Origin: Acidobacteriia bacterium UBA6623
GTDB taxonomy: Bacteria > Acidobacteriota > Terriglobia > Bryobacterales > UBA6623
Length of the DNA stretch: 64,000 bases
Assembly: GCA_002433055.1 (NCBI GenBank)
Contig: DJHJ01000002.1
Coordinates: 401-64,400, forward strand
Reading direction: 5' to 3'
Shown: positions 20,820-30,400 of the stretch, piece by piece
Numbering within the stretch: the stretch's first letter is position 1
Layout: every line of letters starts with the position of its first letter
Translations under genes and position numbers: made by a program
Notes under the pieces: generated by a model
Database searches by the model: none
Told to the model about the DNA's origin: nothing
What the model saw: the letters and a program-made list of their open reading frames with translations, nothing else

Positions 20820-22499
20820 TCATAACTCACCGCGTTTGAGTCGCTCGACAAGGTGTTCGCTTGCACGCCAGGCGACGGCCATAAAGGTCAGGGTGGGGTT
20901 CTGACAGGACGAGCTGGGGAAGCCGGCACCATCCACAACCAGTAGATTGTCAATGTCGTGAGCTTGATTGTAGCCGTTTAAGACACTTGTTCTAGGGTTC
21001 TGTCCCATGCGGGCTGTTCCCATTTCGTGAGCTACATTGCCGGGCTCAGCCAGTTTATCGTTAACGTGTAGGATCTCTGCACCAGCATGGTCCACTAGTT
21101 CGAAGACGTCCTCCATCGCCTGCTTGGCCATCTTGAAATCATTGTCAGTGCGTGCGTAGTTGATGCGTAATACTGGAATCCCCCAAGCATCCACAACATT
21201 TTTGTCTATTTCTACAAAGCTGTCATGATTTGGTAGAGCTTCACCACGCGGATAAACACGAATGATAGCCGGATGGAAATCTTTAACCCTACGTTTGTAA
21301 CCGGCACCAAACCCTTCGATTTTATTCGCATGACCGGGATAGATTTGAGCACCACCCTTCACCATGATTCCGTAACCACGAAGGAAGTCTGGATGGGGTT
21401 TCTCGTTGGCGAGGTTATGCCACCGCGGAATGTAGGAACCGTTGGATTTGCCATCTTCGTTAAGGATCGCCCCACCGGTCAATTCTGGTAAAGTCGCCCA
21501 AACCGTACCTGGTTCCGTGTGATCCATCAGGTAGTGGCCAAGCACACCACTGCTATTTGCTAGTCCAGTTGAAAAGTGTCTAGACGTAGAATTGAGCATA
21601 ATGCGGGTTGATTCCAATGTCGAACCAGCAAGAACAACAACCTTTGCGAAGGCTTCTTTGTAGCTTTTCGTTAAACGGTTGAAATATCCGACACCAGTTG
21701 CACGAGCCTCATCATTGACCATAACGTGACGCACTACAGCGTCGGTTTGGAGTGTCAAATTTCCAGTCGCCATGGCATCTGGAAGAGTGACGGCAGGAGT
21801 TGTAAAAAATGCATCAATGTCGCATCCAGAACCGCAACTTCCACAGCAATGACAGGCTGGTCTGCCACGGTGCGGACGGCTAAGCTGGGCAATTCGTAAA
21901 GCCGTTAAACGGCGGCCCATCTTGATTGCTGCTTTGCTCATTAAATGTTCGTAACAGTTGTAGGCGAAGGCTGGCTGAAACTTACCATCGGGGATTTGGG
22001 GCAAATTTTCATAGAATCCCTGAACGCCGATGTAATCCTCGACTTTGTCGTAATAAGGCTCAAGCTCTTCGTAGCCAAAAGGCCAATCGATTCCCTGACC
22101 ATCGATTGAAGCTGGTTTGAAGTCGTAGTCAGCAAAACGTAGAGACTGGCGACCCCAATGAAGGGTACGTCCGCCTAAGATGCGTGACCGATATTGCCAG
22201 TCAAAGGGGTTATTTGGAGGTGTTATATAAGGGTTTTCACTTAATTCAGCGTACCAACCCTTAACCGGAGTGTTTTCTCTAGCCGCTCTTGCACCGTCTT
22301 TCCTGATTTTGCTGGGGCTACCACGCCCACGGAAAGGGAAATCGTATGGGAACGAATGAGTTAAGTAATCGGAACGACTGATTGATGGACCTGCTTCCAG
22401 CAACAAGGTGTCGAGTCCACACTCGGTGAGAACTTTTGCTGCTATGCCACCACTTGCTCCACTGCCGACGATCAGTACGTCGTAGGTTTTTCTACTCAC
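20820..22499 (-). CDS. GMC family FAD-dependent oxidoreductase (gluconate 2-dehydrogenase flavoprotein-like large subunit)
   Basis: N-terminal DVLIVGSGASGG FAD motif. C-terminal GTARMG and DGAGFPSS. Cys-rich ACHCCGSCGSGC motif at 21822-21854. Confidence 0.9.
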   Translation of the reverse strand: MSRKTYDVLIVGSGASGGIAAKVLTECGLDTLLLEAGPSISRSDYLTHSFPYDFPFRGRGSPSKIRKDGARAARENTPVKGWYAELSENPYITPPNNPFDWQYRSRILGGRTLHWGRQSLRFADYDFKPASIDGQGIDWPFGYEELEPYYDKVEDYIGVQGFYENLPQIPDGKFQPAFAYNCYEHLMSKAAIKMGRRLTALRIAQLSRPHRGRPACHCCGSCGSGCDIDAFFTTPAVTLPDAMATGNLTLQTDAVVRHVMVNDEARATGVGYFNRLTKSYKEAFAKVVVLAGSTLESTRIMLNSTSRHFSTGLANSSGVLGHYLMDHTEPGTVWATLPELTGGAILNEDGKSNGSYIPRWHNLANEKPHPDFLRGYGIMVKGGAQIYPGHANKIEGFGAGYKRRVKDFHPAIIRVYPRGEALPNHDSFVEIDKNVVDAWGIPVLRINYARTDNDFKMAKQAMEDVFELVDHAGAEILHVNDKLAEPGNVAHEMGTARMGQNPRTSVLNGYNQAHDIDNLLVVDGAGFPSSSCQNPTLTFMAVAWRASEHLVERLKRGEL

Positions 22500-23154
22500 T
22501 TTCCACCCCCTGTGTGTTTTTCTGGGATGTCAAGTTTTGATGCTCCGGATGCGTACAACCGTTCCATTTGGGAACTGGTGTTTTCCCCTTGTACTCAAGT
22601 TCTTGGTGAATGCCAATTTGTGACGTGTAATAGGCAAATACGGTTCTCTCCTTGATGTCCAAAAAGAAGAGATGTTCAAGGTTGTGTCCGTCTTTCGAAG
22701 GTTTGGATATTTCCGTTAAAAGCTCAGTCTGTTGTGCCTCAGTTGCTTCGAGAAACCCTGCGTCGAAAAGGTCTCTGCTTCGTTCTTCAAGCCAAGCCAG
22801 ACCTTCGAGAAAGCCTCTCTGAACTTTTTCGGTTTCGTCACTAAGGACAAGATCAATGTGACGGTTCACCTGAGCGGTTTTTGCCCCGGGAGTATCTGTC
22901 TCCGGCAAAATTAGTTCTGCAATAGCCGTGACGATTTTGTCTTGCTGTTTGGTGAAAAAATGTGGCACCCAGCCATCGACAGGCACAGGTGTGACCACGC
23001 GAGAGTGAGCCAATTGGGACAAAGGGAAAAATGTTGAGGTCCCGGCCGCAAGCACTTTAATCGCTTCACGGCGATCAACCGTGGATCTGGAGTTCCCTTC
23101 ATCTTTAGAGGCTGAGGGAAACGAGGAATTTTTGGGCATTGTGCACCGTTCCAC
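22492..23154 (-). CDS. Gluconate 2-dehydrogenase subunit 3-like small subunit (Tat signal carrier)
   Basis: 8-bp overlap with the GMC gene. DRREAIKVLAAG Tat-like motif. Size and position match the small subunit that accompanies GMC large subunits. Confidence 0.75.
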   Translation of the reverse strand: MERCTMPKNSSFPSASKDEGNSRSTVDRREAIKVLAAGTSTFFPLSQLAHSRVVTPVPVDGWVPHFFTKQQDKIVTAIAELILPETDTPGAKTAQVNRHIDLVLSDETEKVQRGFLEGLAWLEERSRDLFDAGFLEATEAQQTELLTEISKPSKDGHNLEHLFFLDIKERTVFAYYTSQIGIHQELEYKGKTPVPKWNGCTHPEHQNLTSQKNTQGVESE

Positions 23155-23343
23155 TAATACTCTAAGAGTAGCTCAGGTAATCTCAAGCTGGTTAGTAAAA
23201 GGGCTAATTTATTAGAACAGTCAAAACATGAATTTACCGCGCAACCACAGGTGGTGTTCTAGCGATTTTGCACGTGATAAATCAACTGTGTTTTGTGCGC
23301 AGAGCCTTGTGAATGGGCAATCATTCTTGACGATGAGATCGAA

Positions 23344-24042
23344 TTACAGTTCAGCTAATTCGGTAAGGTTGAGTTTTCCTGTGTAGATTGCCATTCCCAG
23401 TGCGGCGTGTATATTCAAGTGTTGTAGGTGGCGGATATCATCGAGTGTTGTGATGCCGCCAGCAGCCGTGATTTCGTGTGAGGTAGCTCCTCGGAGCTTT
23501 CGAAACCAATCCAAGTCCGTACCCTCCAGCATACCTTCCTTGTCTACGTAGGTGCACATAAACCCCTCACAGTAAGGCTCTATTTCTCGAATAACGTTTT
23601 CGGCTGAAAATGCTGTGATCTCCTGCCATCCTTTTACGACGATTTTACCGTTTCTAGAATCTAACGCCGGGAGAATTTTCTGTGGACCGATTGCAGCTGC
23701 TAGTTTGCTAAGAAACTCGTGATTTACGCCTGATGATGAAAACGTTGCTGTTCCAACTATTACCTTTGTTGCTCCTGATTCGATTAGTGTCTTTGCCCGA
23801 TCCACAGAACGAACACCACCGCCAACACGTACCGTTGCGTGTGCACTCAACTTTCGCACTATCGAGTCATTTGAGCCCTTGCCCATTGCTTGGTCTAGAT
23901 CGACCACTTGGATTTCTGGGAATGCTGCGAATTTTTCGAGCATTACAAGAGGTTCATCTGCCTCGAGCGCTTTTTTTTGTCCTTGGATGAGCTGCACTAC
24001 CTTCCCACCCATCAAATCAATACAAGGTATGACCATAAACAC
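23344..24042 (-). CDS. hisA: HisA-type (ProFAR isomerase) TIM-barrel protein
   Basis: IPCIDLMGGKVVQLIQG, VVDLDQAMGKG, VGGGVRS, GATKVIVGT, and TAAGGITTLDD. Confidence 0.8.
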   Translation of the reverse strand: MFMVIPCIDLMGGKVVQLIQGQKKALEADEPLVMLEKFAAFPEIQVVDLDQAMGKGSNDSIVRKLSAHATVRVGGGVRSVDRAKTLIESGATKVIVGTATFSSSGVNHEFLSKLAAAIGPQKILPALDSRNGKIVVKGWQEITAFSAENVIREIEPYCEGFMCTYVDKEGMLEGTDLDWFRKLRGATSHEITAAGGITTLDDIRHLQHLNIHAALGMAIYTGKLNLTELAEL

Positions 24043-24175
24043 CTGATTCTAGCGAGTCTAAAAGACCATTTTAAAGCTACTGATGAAATCAACTAAAGTT
24101 TATATAGAGTGACCCTAAGAACACTTGAGCCCTTCCTCCAAACGAGCATCCGCAGTTTCCGAGTGATTTTTAATC

Positions 24176-26059
24176 TTAGTACAGCGCAAAAACCACAAGT
24201 TTCGCCATGTAGTTCTCGTTGTATTTGTTGCCACCACCAGCTGCGATGGCAACATATTGCTTACCGTTTGTGGGCCCCAAGTAGGTAATCGGAGTAGCGT
24301 GTCCACTAGCGGGTAAACGAGTCTCCCATAGGGTTTTGCCGGTGTCTTTGTCGAATGCGCGAAAATGGCGGTCGTTGGTTGCAGCGATGAAAACTAGTCC
24401 ACCCGAGGTGACGATTGGGCCTCCAAGGTTAGGTGTTCCTGTTTTGGCGATACCTCGAGCAGTCAGTTCTTCAAATTCTCCTAAAATTATGCGCCAGCGA
24501 AATTCACCTTGATCCATATTGATGGCGGTAAGGTGTCCCCAGGGAGGGGTTTGGCAAGGGTATTGATTTGAGTCCCACAACCGACCGTACTTGGTTCCAC
24601 GTGCTCGATAAGGAAGCAATGAATCCGAAGGGCGTTTCACCATGCGCAGTAGCCCACCGACATCCATGGAGTTGATATAGAGTGTGTTTGTCAGAGGATC
24701 GAAAGCACCCCCGCCCCAATTAGCCCCGCCATTCGTTCCGGGAAACAGGACAGTTGGCCGCTCGCCTATCGGACGAAACAGAGGACCTTCTACGTATGCA
24801 TCTTCCAGTAAGGCAAGACATTCGGCACGCGATTCTGGTGTGACATTGGTGATTTCTTCGCGAGTCATCGATTGCCGTACGAACGGTGGTGGTTTTACTG
24901 GGAAAGGTTGAGTAGGCCAATATTCCTCTCCTGGAATATCACCGATGGGAACCGGACGTTCTTCTACTTCGAACAATGGTTTCCCATTGAGACGGTCAAG
25001 CAAAAACACGAAACCAGTTTTGGTGATTACGGCAACAGCGGAGGTTTCTCGTCCATTGTGATCGACCGAAATCAACAGTGGCTGGGAGGGTAAATCCCAA
25101 TCCCACAGATCGTGGTGAATTGTTTGAAAATGCCACTTTCGTTGTCCAGTCTTGCAATCCAATGCTACGACACTATCACTAAATAGATTTTTTCCAGGGC
25201 GGTCGCCACCATAAAAATCATAAGCAGGAGAGGTGAGTGGTAAAAAAACCAGCTCGTTTTCCTCGTCCACACTCATGATCGACCAGGCGTTGGTACCCCC
25301 TCTATCCTTCCAGGAGTTTTTCCCCCAAGTATCGTGACCGAACTCACCAGGATGAGGCACTGTATTGAATCGCCAGCGTTGTTCACCGGTGCGAACATCA
25401 AGGCCACGAATGTCTCCACTAGGTCCTTGTGGGTTACTGTCGGTTACGCGTCCACCGGCAATGATCACATCACCGCAGATTGCGACTGGTGAAGTCATTC
25501 CGTATCCTCCTTCTGTAAACTTTCCGGATACACCAGTGCTCAAGTCAACGATTCCGTTGGTGCCGAAATCAAGGTCAAGTTCACCGTTGAGAGTATCAAT
25601 CGAATGAAGTCTTCCAGACTGGTCTCCCAGGAAAATACGATTTGCTTCGTTATTGCTCCAATATGCTGCGCCACGGCTTATGGATAGACTGAAACGATTG
25701 TTCCGCCCGGATGTTTTTGGATCGTAACTCCACAAAGCTTCTCCAGTTTCAGAATTGAGTGCGAAAAGACGATTAAACGGCGTAGTTAGATACAGTACGC
25801 CATTAATCATTAGAGGAGTTGATTCATGTGCTGACCGAGGGGGTAAACCAGGTTCACTACCATCACTTGCGTCACCAGTGTCATAGATCCATGCTACTTT
25901 TAGACGGTGAACATTCTCCTTATTGATCTGATCGAGTGCGGCGTATTTTTTTCCACCCGGATCTCCTCCCCAGTAGGGCCATTGTTGAGAATTCAAGGGC
26001 GCAAGAAAAGTTACTAGGATCACCGACAAGGTCAAAAATAAATGTCGAATTTGTGTCAT
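24176..26059 (-). CDS. PQQ-dependent dehydrogenase, glucose/quinate/shikimate family, soluble exported form
   Basis: Signal peptide followed by WPYWGGDPGGKKYAALDQINKENVHRLKVAW, a hallmark quinoprotein N-terminus. Eight-bladed-propeller-sized protein with W-rich repeats. Confidence 0.85.
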   Translation of the reverse strand: MTQIRHLFLTLSVILVTFLAPLNSQQWPYWGGDPGGKKYAALDQINKENVHRLKVAWIYDTGDASDGSEPGLPPRSAHESTPLMINGVLYLTTPFNRLFALNSETGEALWSYDPKTSGRNNRFSLSISRGAAYWSNNEANRIFLGDQSGRLHSIDTLNGELDLDFGTNGIVDLSTGVSGKFTEGGYGMTSPVAICGDVIIAGGRVTDSNPQGPSGDIRGLDVRTGEQRWRFNTVPHPGEFGHDTWGKNSWKDRGGTNAWSIMSVDEENELVFLPLTSPAYDFYGGDRPGKNLFSDSVVALDCKTGQRKWHFQTIHHDLWDWDLPSQPLLISVDHNGRETSAVAVITKTGFVFLLDRLNGKPLFEVEERPVPIGDIPGEEYWPTQPFPVKPPPFVRQSMTREEITNVTPESRAECLALLEDAYVEGPLFRPIGERPTVLFPGTNGGANWGGGAFDPLTNTLYINSMDVGGLLRMVKRPSDSLLPYRARGTKYGRLWDSNQYPCQTPPWGHLTAINMDQGEFRWRIILGEFEELTARGIAKTGTPNLGGPIVTSGGLVFIAATNDRHFRAFDKDTGKTLWETRLPASGHATPITYLGPTNGKQYVAIAAGGGNKYNENYMAKLVVFALY

Positions 26060-26115
26060 AGGTGGTGTTTTATCCCTTGTGTTGACCGTAGTTGCAATAT
26101 ACGAATGTGAGCAAA

Positions 26116-27330
26116 CTACGTGTGTCGGTATGTTTCGACTTGGTGCATTACACGGAGACTATTTCCGCCGAGGATCTTTCTGAGGTCGTCATCTGAGAAC
26201 CCACGTTCGGAAAGTCCCGCAACAAGATTTCCAATCTTAGAGATGTCTTCCATTCCTTCCGGAAGTTGACCTTGCACTCCATCGAAGTCGGATCCCATTC
26301 CAACATGGTCAATACCAGCCACTTCAGTGGCGTGTTCGAAGTGATCCAGTAGTCGGCTAAACGGTACGCGTCCAATACGTTTCACCCGCGCATGGTTGAT
26401 TTGGTGTGTTTCCAGAGCAAGTCGCTTTTTGTTATCTCTAAAACGGTTACGAATCTCTACGTATTTTCTGTCTAGGTCTGCAAGTGTGCTTGCTCGGTGA
26501 GTATATTCATCGTCAAGGAAAGCATTGTAGTAGTTGATGTGAACTACGCCACCATTGACGGCTAAGGCTTGTAGCATTTCATCGGTCATATTGCGATTAT
26601 GTGATGCTAATGCACGGCACGAAGAGTGAGAAGCGATGATGGGTGTTTTCGATGTTTGAATGGTGTCAAAAAAAGTTTTGTCAGAAACGTGTGAGATATC
26701 GACCATCATCCCCAATCGGTTCATTTCGATTACGACATCTTTACCAAAATCAGTAAGGCCGTTCAATCCACCTGAGGAGTCAGCCCAACCTGTCGACGCG
26801 CTGTGGGTCAGTGTTAAATATCGAACTCCCAGACGATGGAAGTTGCGCAATACCGAAAGACTCGAATCTATCATGTGACCACCTTCAACACCCATAAGGA
26901 TTGCAATTTTTCCAGCCTGTTTTGCATCTGCAATTTCGCCAGACGAGGTTGCCAAGATGAGATCTTTAGGGTGACGGTGCACTTCCTCAATAACGACATC
27001 TATAATTTCGAGAGCTTTTTTGACTGCTTCGAGAGGTGTTTTATTAGTTGCTCCGGTGTAGATTGAAAAAAAGACACCGGTTATGCCTCCTTGACGCATG
27101 CGTGGGATGTCCAGCTCTCCAGTGGTATGCAATTTACTAAGATCAAGCTTTTCTTCCACGAGACGAATCGGTGTATCGCAATGGAAATCAAGGACAATTG
27201 AACGATCCAGTATGTCCTTACTGGACGGTAGAGACATATATTCATCGGTCAAGTTGGATTTCTCGGGTTGTGAACAGGATGCTAGTCCAGCGCCGGCTAC
27301 GATCTTGGTCCACTTACGCCGAGTTAACAT
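26116..27330 (-). CDS. Membrane dipeptidase (peptidase family M19)
   Basis: VLDFHCDTP, GVEGGH, GVRYLTLTH, DISHVS, ASHSS and GMGSDFDG match M19 metal-ligand motifs. Confidence 0.85.
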   Translation of the reverse strand: MLTRRKWTKIVAGAGLASCSQPEKSNLTDEYMSLPSSKDILDRSIVLDFHCDTPIRLVEEKLDLSKLHTTGELDIPRMRQGGITGVFFSIYTGATNKTPLEAVKKALEIIDVVIEEVHRHPKDLILATSSGEIADAKQAGKIAILMGVEGGHMIDSSLSVLRNFHRLGVRYLTLTHSASTGWADSSGGLNGLTDFGKDVVIEMNRLGMMVDISHVSDKTFFDTIQTSKTPIIASHSSCRALASHNRNMTDEMLQALAVNGGVVHINYYNAFLDDEYTHRASTLADLDRKYVEIRNRFRDNKKRLALETHQINHARVKRIGRVPFSRLLDHFEHATEVAGIDHVGMGSDFDGVQGQLPEGMEDISKIGNLVAGLSERGFSDDDLRKILGGNSLRVMHQVETYRHT

Positions 27331-27459
27331 AGTTTCCCAATATTAAGTTAATCACACTCACCAATCGAGGATTGTGCACGCATTCCCATTCACTCCGTTC
27401 AATAAGAAACGCGACGGTGCTGGTCTTCGAGGTATCAGTGTTGTTTTATACATAGGAGT

Positions 27460-30400
27460 TTAGTGCAGGGAGAGCACTACCATTACCGTTTCACCACTGA
27501 TCTCTATTTCACGATAGTTTTCTTGATTCGAGTCAATTTTCTCTATATTGAGCGTCGTACATAGTGTCTCTTCCATGAAATGTTTGCGACGAATTTCGAG
27601 AACGCTCTTGATTCTCTGTGAGGCTTCTATCGACAACTTAATGCGGCTCGTGTATTCGACATTAAGCTCTTTACGTAGGTCTTGTATGCGTCGAAGCAAC
27701 TCACGGTAGAGGCCTTCTTGCAGTAATTCTTCTGTCAGATTGGTGTTAAGAACCACGACTGATTGCTGATCACCGGCAGCAGCATAGTCTTCAGTGGACT
27801 CAACCAGCACCTCTACATCTTCTGCGTTGAGTGTGATGGTTTCATCACCAATTTCCATCTCGATCTTTCCGGTGGAGAGCAAATCGTGTCTTAGTTGGGA
27901 TGCGTCGACGTTTTGGAACGCTTTTTTTGCTATAGGCATCTTTTTGCCAAGTCTTGGTCCGAGTCGTCGGAAATTGGGTCGCACCGCATAGCGTACGTGC
28001 CCTTCGTCACTTCCCACGAAAGTTACTTCCTGTACGTTGAGTTCTTCTGCTATCAGATCGCGATAATTTTCAAGAGCCGCACGGTATGATTCATCAGATA
28101 AGACAATTTCTGCCAGTGAAAGAGGTTGTCGCACCTTCAATTTGTGATCAGTCCGGACTCGTAATCCAAGAGAGACGATACTTCTTACGAACGCCATCTC
28201 ATCTGAAAGTTTGTGGTCAATCGCGGCTTCATCGGGGACAGAAAAATCACATAGATGCACACTTTCGGGTTGTTGATTGCCAAATGGTTTACGTACGAGG
28301 TTCTGATAGATCTCTTCGGCTAAAAACGGGACAAAGGGTGCCACCAAATTCGTGACTGTTGTGAGAGCTTGGTAGAGTGTGGCGTAGGCATCCTGTTTGT
28401 CGATGTCTTGTTCACTTTTCCAATAACGCCTGCGACTTCGCCGCAGGTACCAATTTGATAGTGCATCGACGAAACTTGAAAGTTCCTCGGCGGCTTCGTA
28501 CACCGAGTAGTTGTCCATTAGAGACTTCACCTTGCTGTTAACCAATGCAGTTTCCGAGAGAATCCAACGATCTAACAGAGTTCTCTTTTTCAAGGGTTGT
28601 CCAGTTGTAGTAACAGGATCGAAACTGTCAATATTGGCATAGATTGTGAAAAACGAATAAACGTTGCGAAGTTTAAGTGGTAGTTCTTTTTGGAGCATTC
28701 GTACGTTACTGAGTGAATGTCGAGTTGGTGACCACGGTGGGTTGGCGGCAAAGAAGAACCAGCGAAACGCATCAGCTCCTGGGGCAGATCCGTGCGTGCT
28801 TTCGAGGGTCAATTTTTGATTGGCAGGAAGGCGTGTGACGTCATTTGGCTGTACATTTAAACCCGATGGTGTAGAACTTAAGGCGAGGTCACTACAGTTT
28901 TTCGTTGAAATGACAGCCACCCGTCGTGGTAGTTTTTTTGCTTGCTGCACTGTGAAGGATTTAGAGCGACCATCGAGCGAACCCGTTGAAAGTTTCATAA
29001 CGGTCCCCGGGGTGGCATCAAGAGCTTGGACTTCTTCACGACAAAGTAACACTTCATCCTCTTTTACTGGCATCCCGGCTTTTTCGGAGCTAACCACCGC
29101 AAATTCGTTGATCACACGGTCGAAAATTACTTCAGGAGGCGTGTAGTTACCTTTTGATTTGGACTCCTTCTTGCCCGTTGGATCGGTGACGTGACCGAGC
29201 ACAATGCAGGTGCGAAAGGGGTGAGGGTAATCTCGTTCTTCCGTGAACCCACAGCGCTGCTGAGTCTTCTTGTCAAATACAAGTGTTGAAATCATCAACT
29301 GTGAATAAAACCAACCTCGTGTTTGATCAATTGCCTCAGTAATGAAATCTGCTGGAAAAGAGTCTTCGAATTCTTTGCCCCCTTTGTGGGGATATCCGAA
29401 TTGTGCGAACGGCATACAGCCTGAGTCAAACCAACAGTCAATCACTTCGGGGATGCGTCTGTAAACACCAGGCTCATTAGGTTCTACCCAGGTAACCTCA
29501 TCTATCCAAGGTTTGTGGACCATAAGATGATCCGAAAGATCCGGATTGTCCTGTTGTTCTTTCTTGAAATGGAGAAATGCTTCGGGGTTTTTGGATTCAA
29601 TTTCTTTTACCGAAGAAGGTGCTTGCATGTTGCCAGTTTCATCGTTGATCCAGATGTTGAGTGGCGTTCCCCAATAGCGTTCACGTGATAACGCCCAGTC
29701 AACATTATTGGTCAAAAAATCACCGAACCGTCCGGTGCCGATGTGTTCAGGTAACCATTTTGCACTTTCGTTGTTGGCGATGGCATCTCTGATGTGTTCA
29801 GTCGTACGGACGAACCACGCGGGACGTGCATACTGAATTAGCGGATCATTGTCAGCTCGCCAGCAAAAGGGATAGTCGTGGCGATAGTTCTCGCGGTGTA
29901 GGAGAACACCTTCCTCCTTAAGTTTAGCTATGATCAACCGGTCGGCATCTTTGACGAAAACACCCTCCAGGTCAGGAGTTTCGTTGGTGAACTTACCGTC
30001 TGGCCCGACAGGGCACAGTAGAGGGATTTTTTGTCCATCCACGAATGAGTTTCGCGTCTTTAGAAATAATTCATAATCTACTTCACCAAACGCTGGGGCT
30101 TCGTGAACCAGTCCGGTACCCTGGTCAAGTTCGACAAAATCGCCTGATAATACTGTCCATAGAGCATTAATCGAGTCTCCAGCTTTCGATTTTACTAGTA
30201 AATCACAGTACCGTTTTGTGTAGTAGTCGAGAGGTGGGCGATACCGGCGACCTACTAGATCTATCCCTTTTATCTCTTTTTCGATAGGTAATTCACGGCC
30301 GAGCTTCTCAGCTATCGTCTCGCGTAAATCAGCAGCAAGAATAATTGAGTGAGCATCATCGCGGACCTGGACATAATCGTAGTCTTCTTTCACTGCGACG

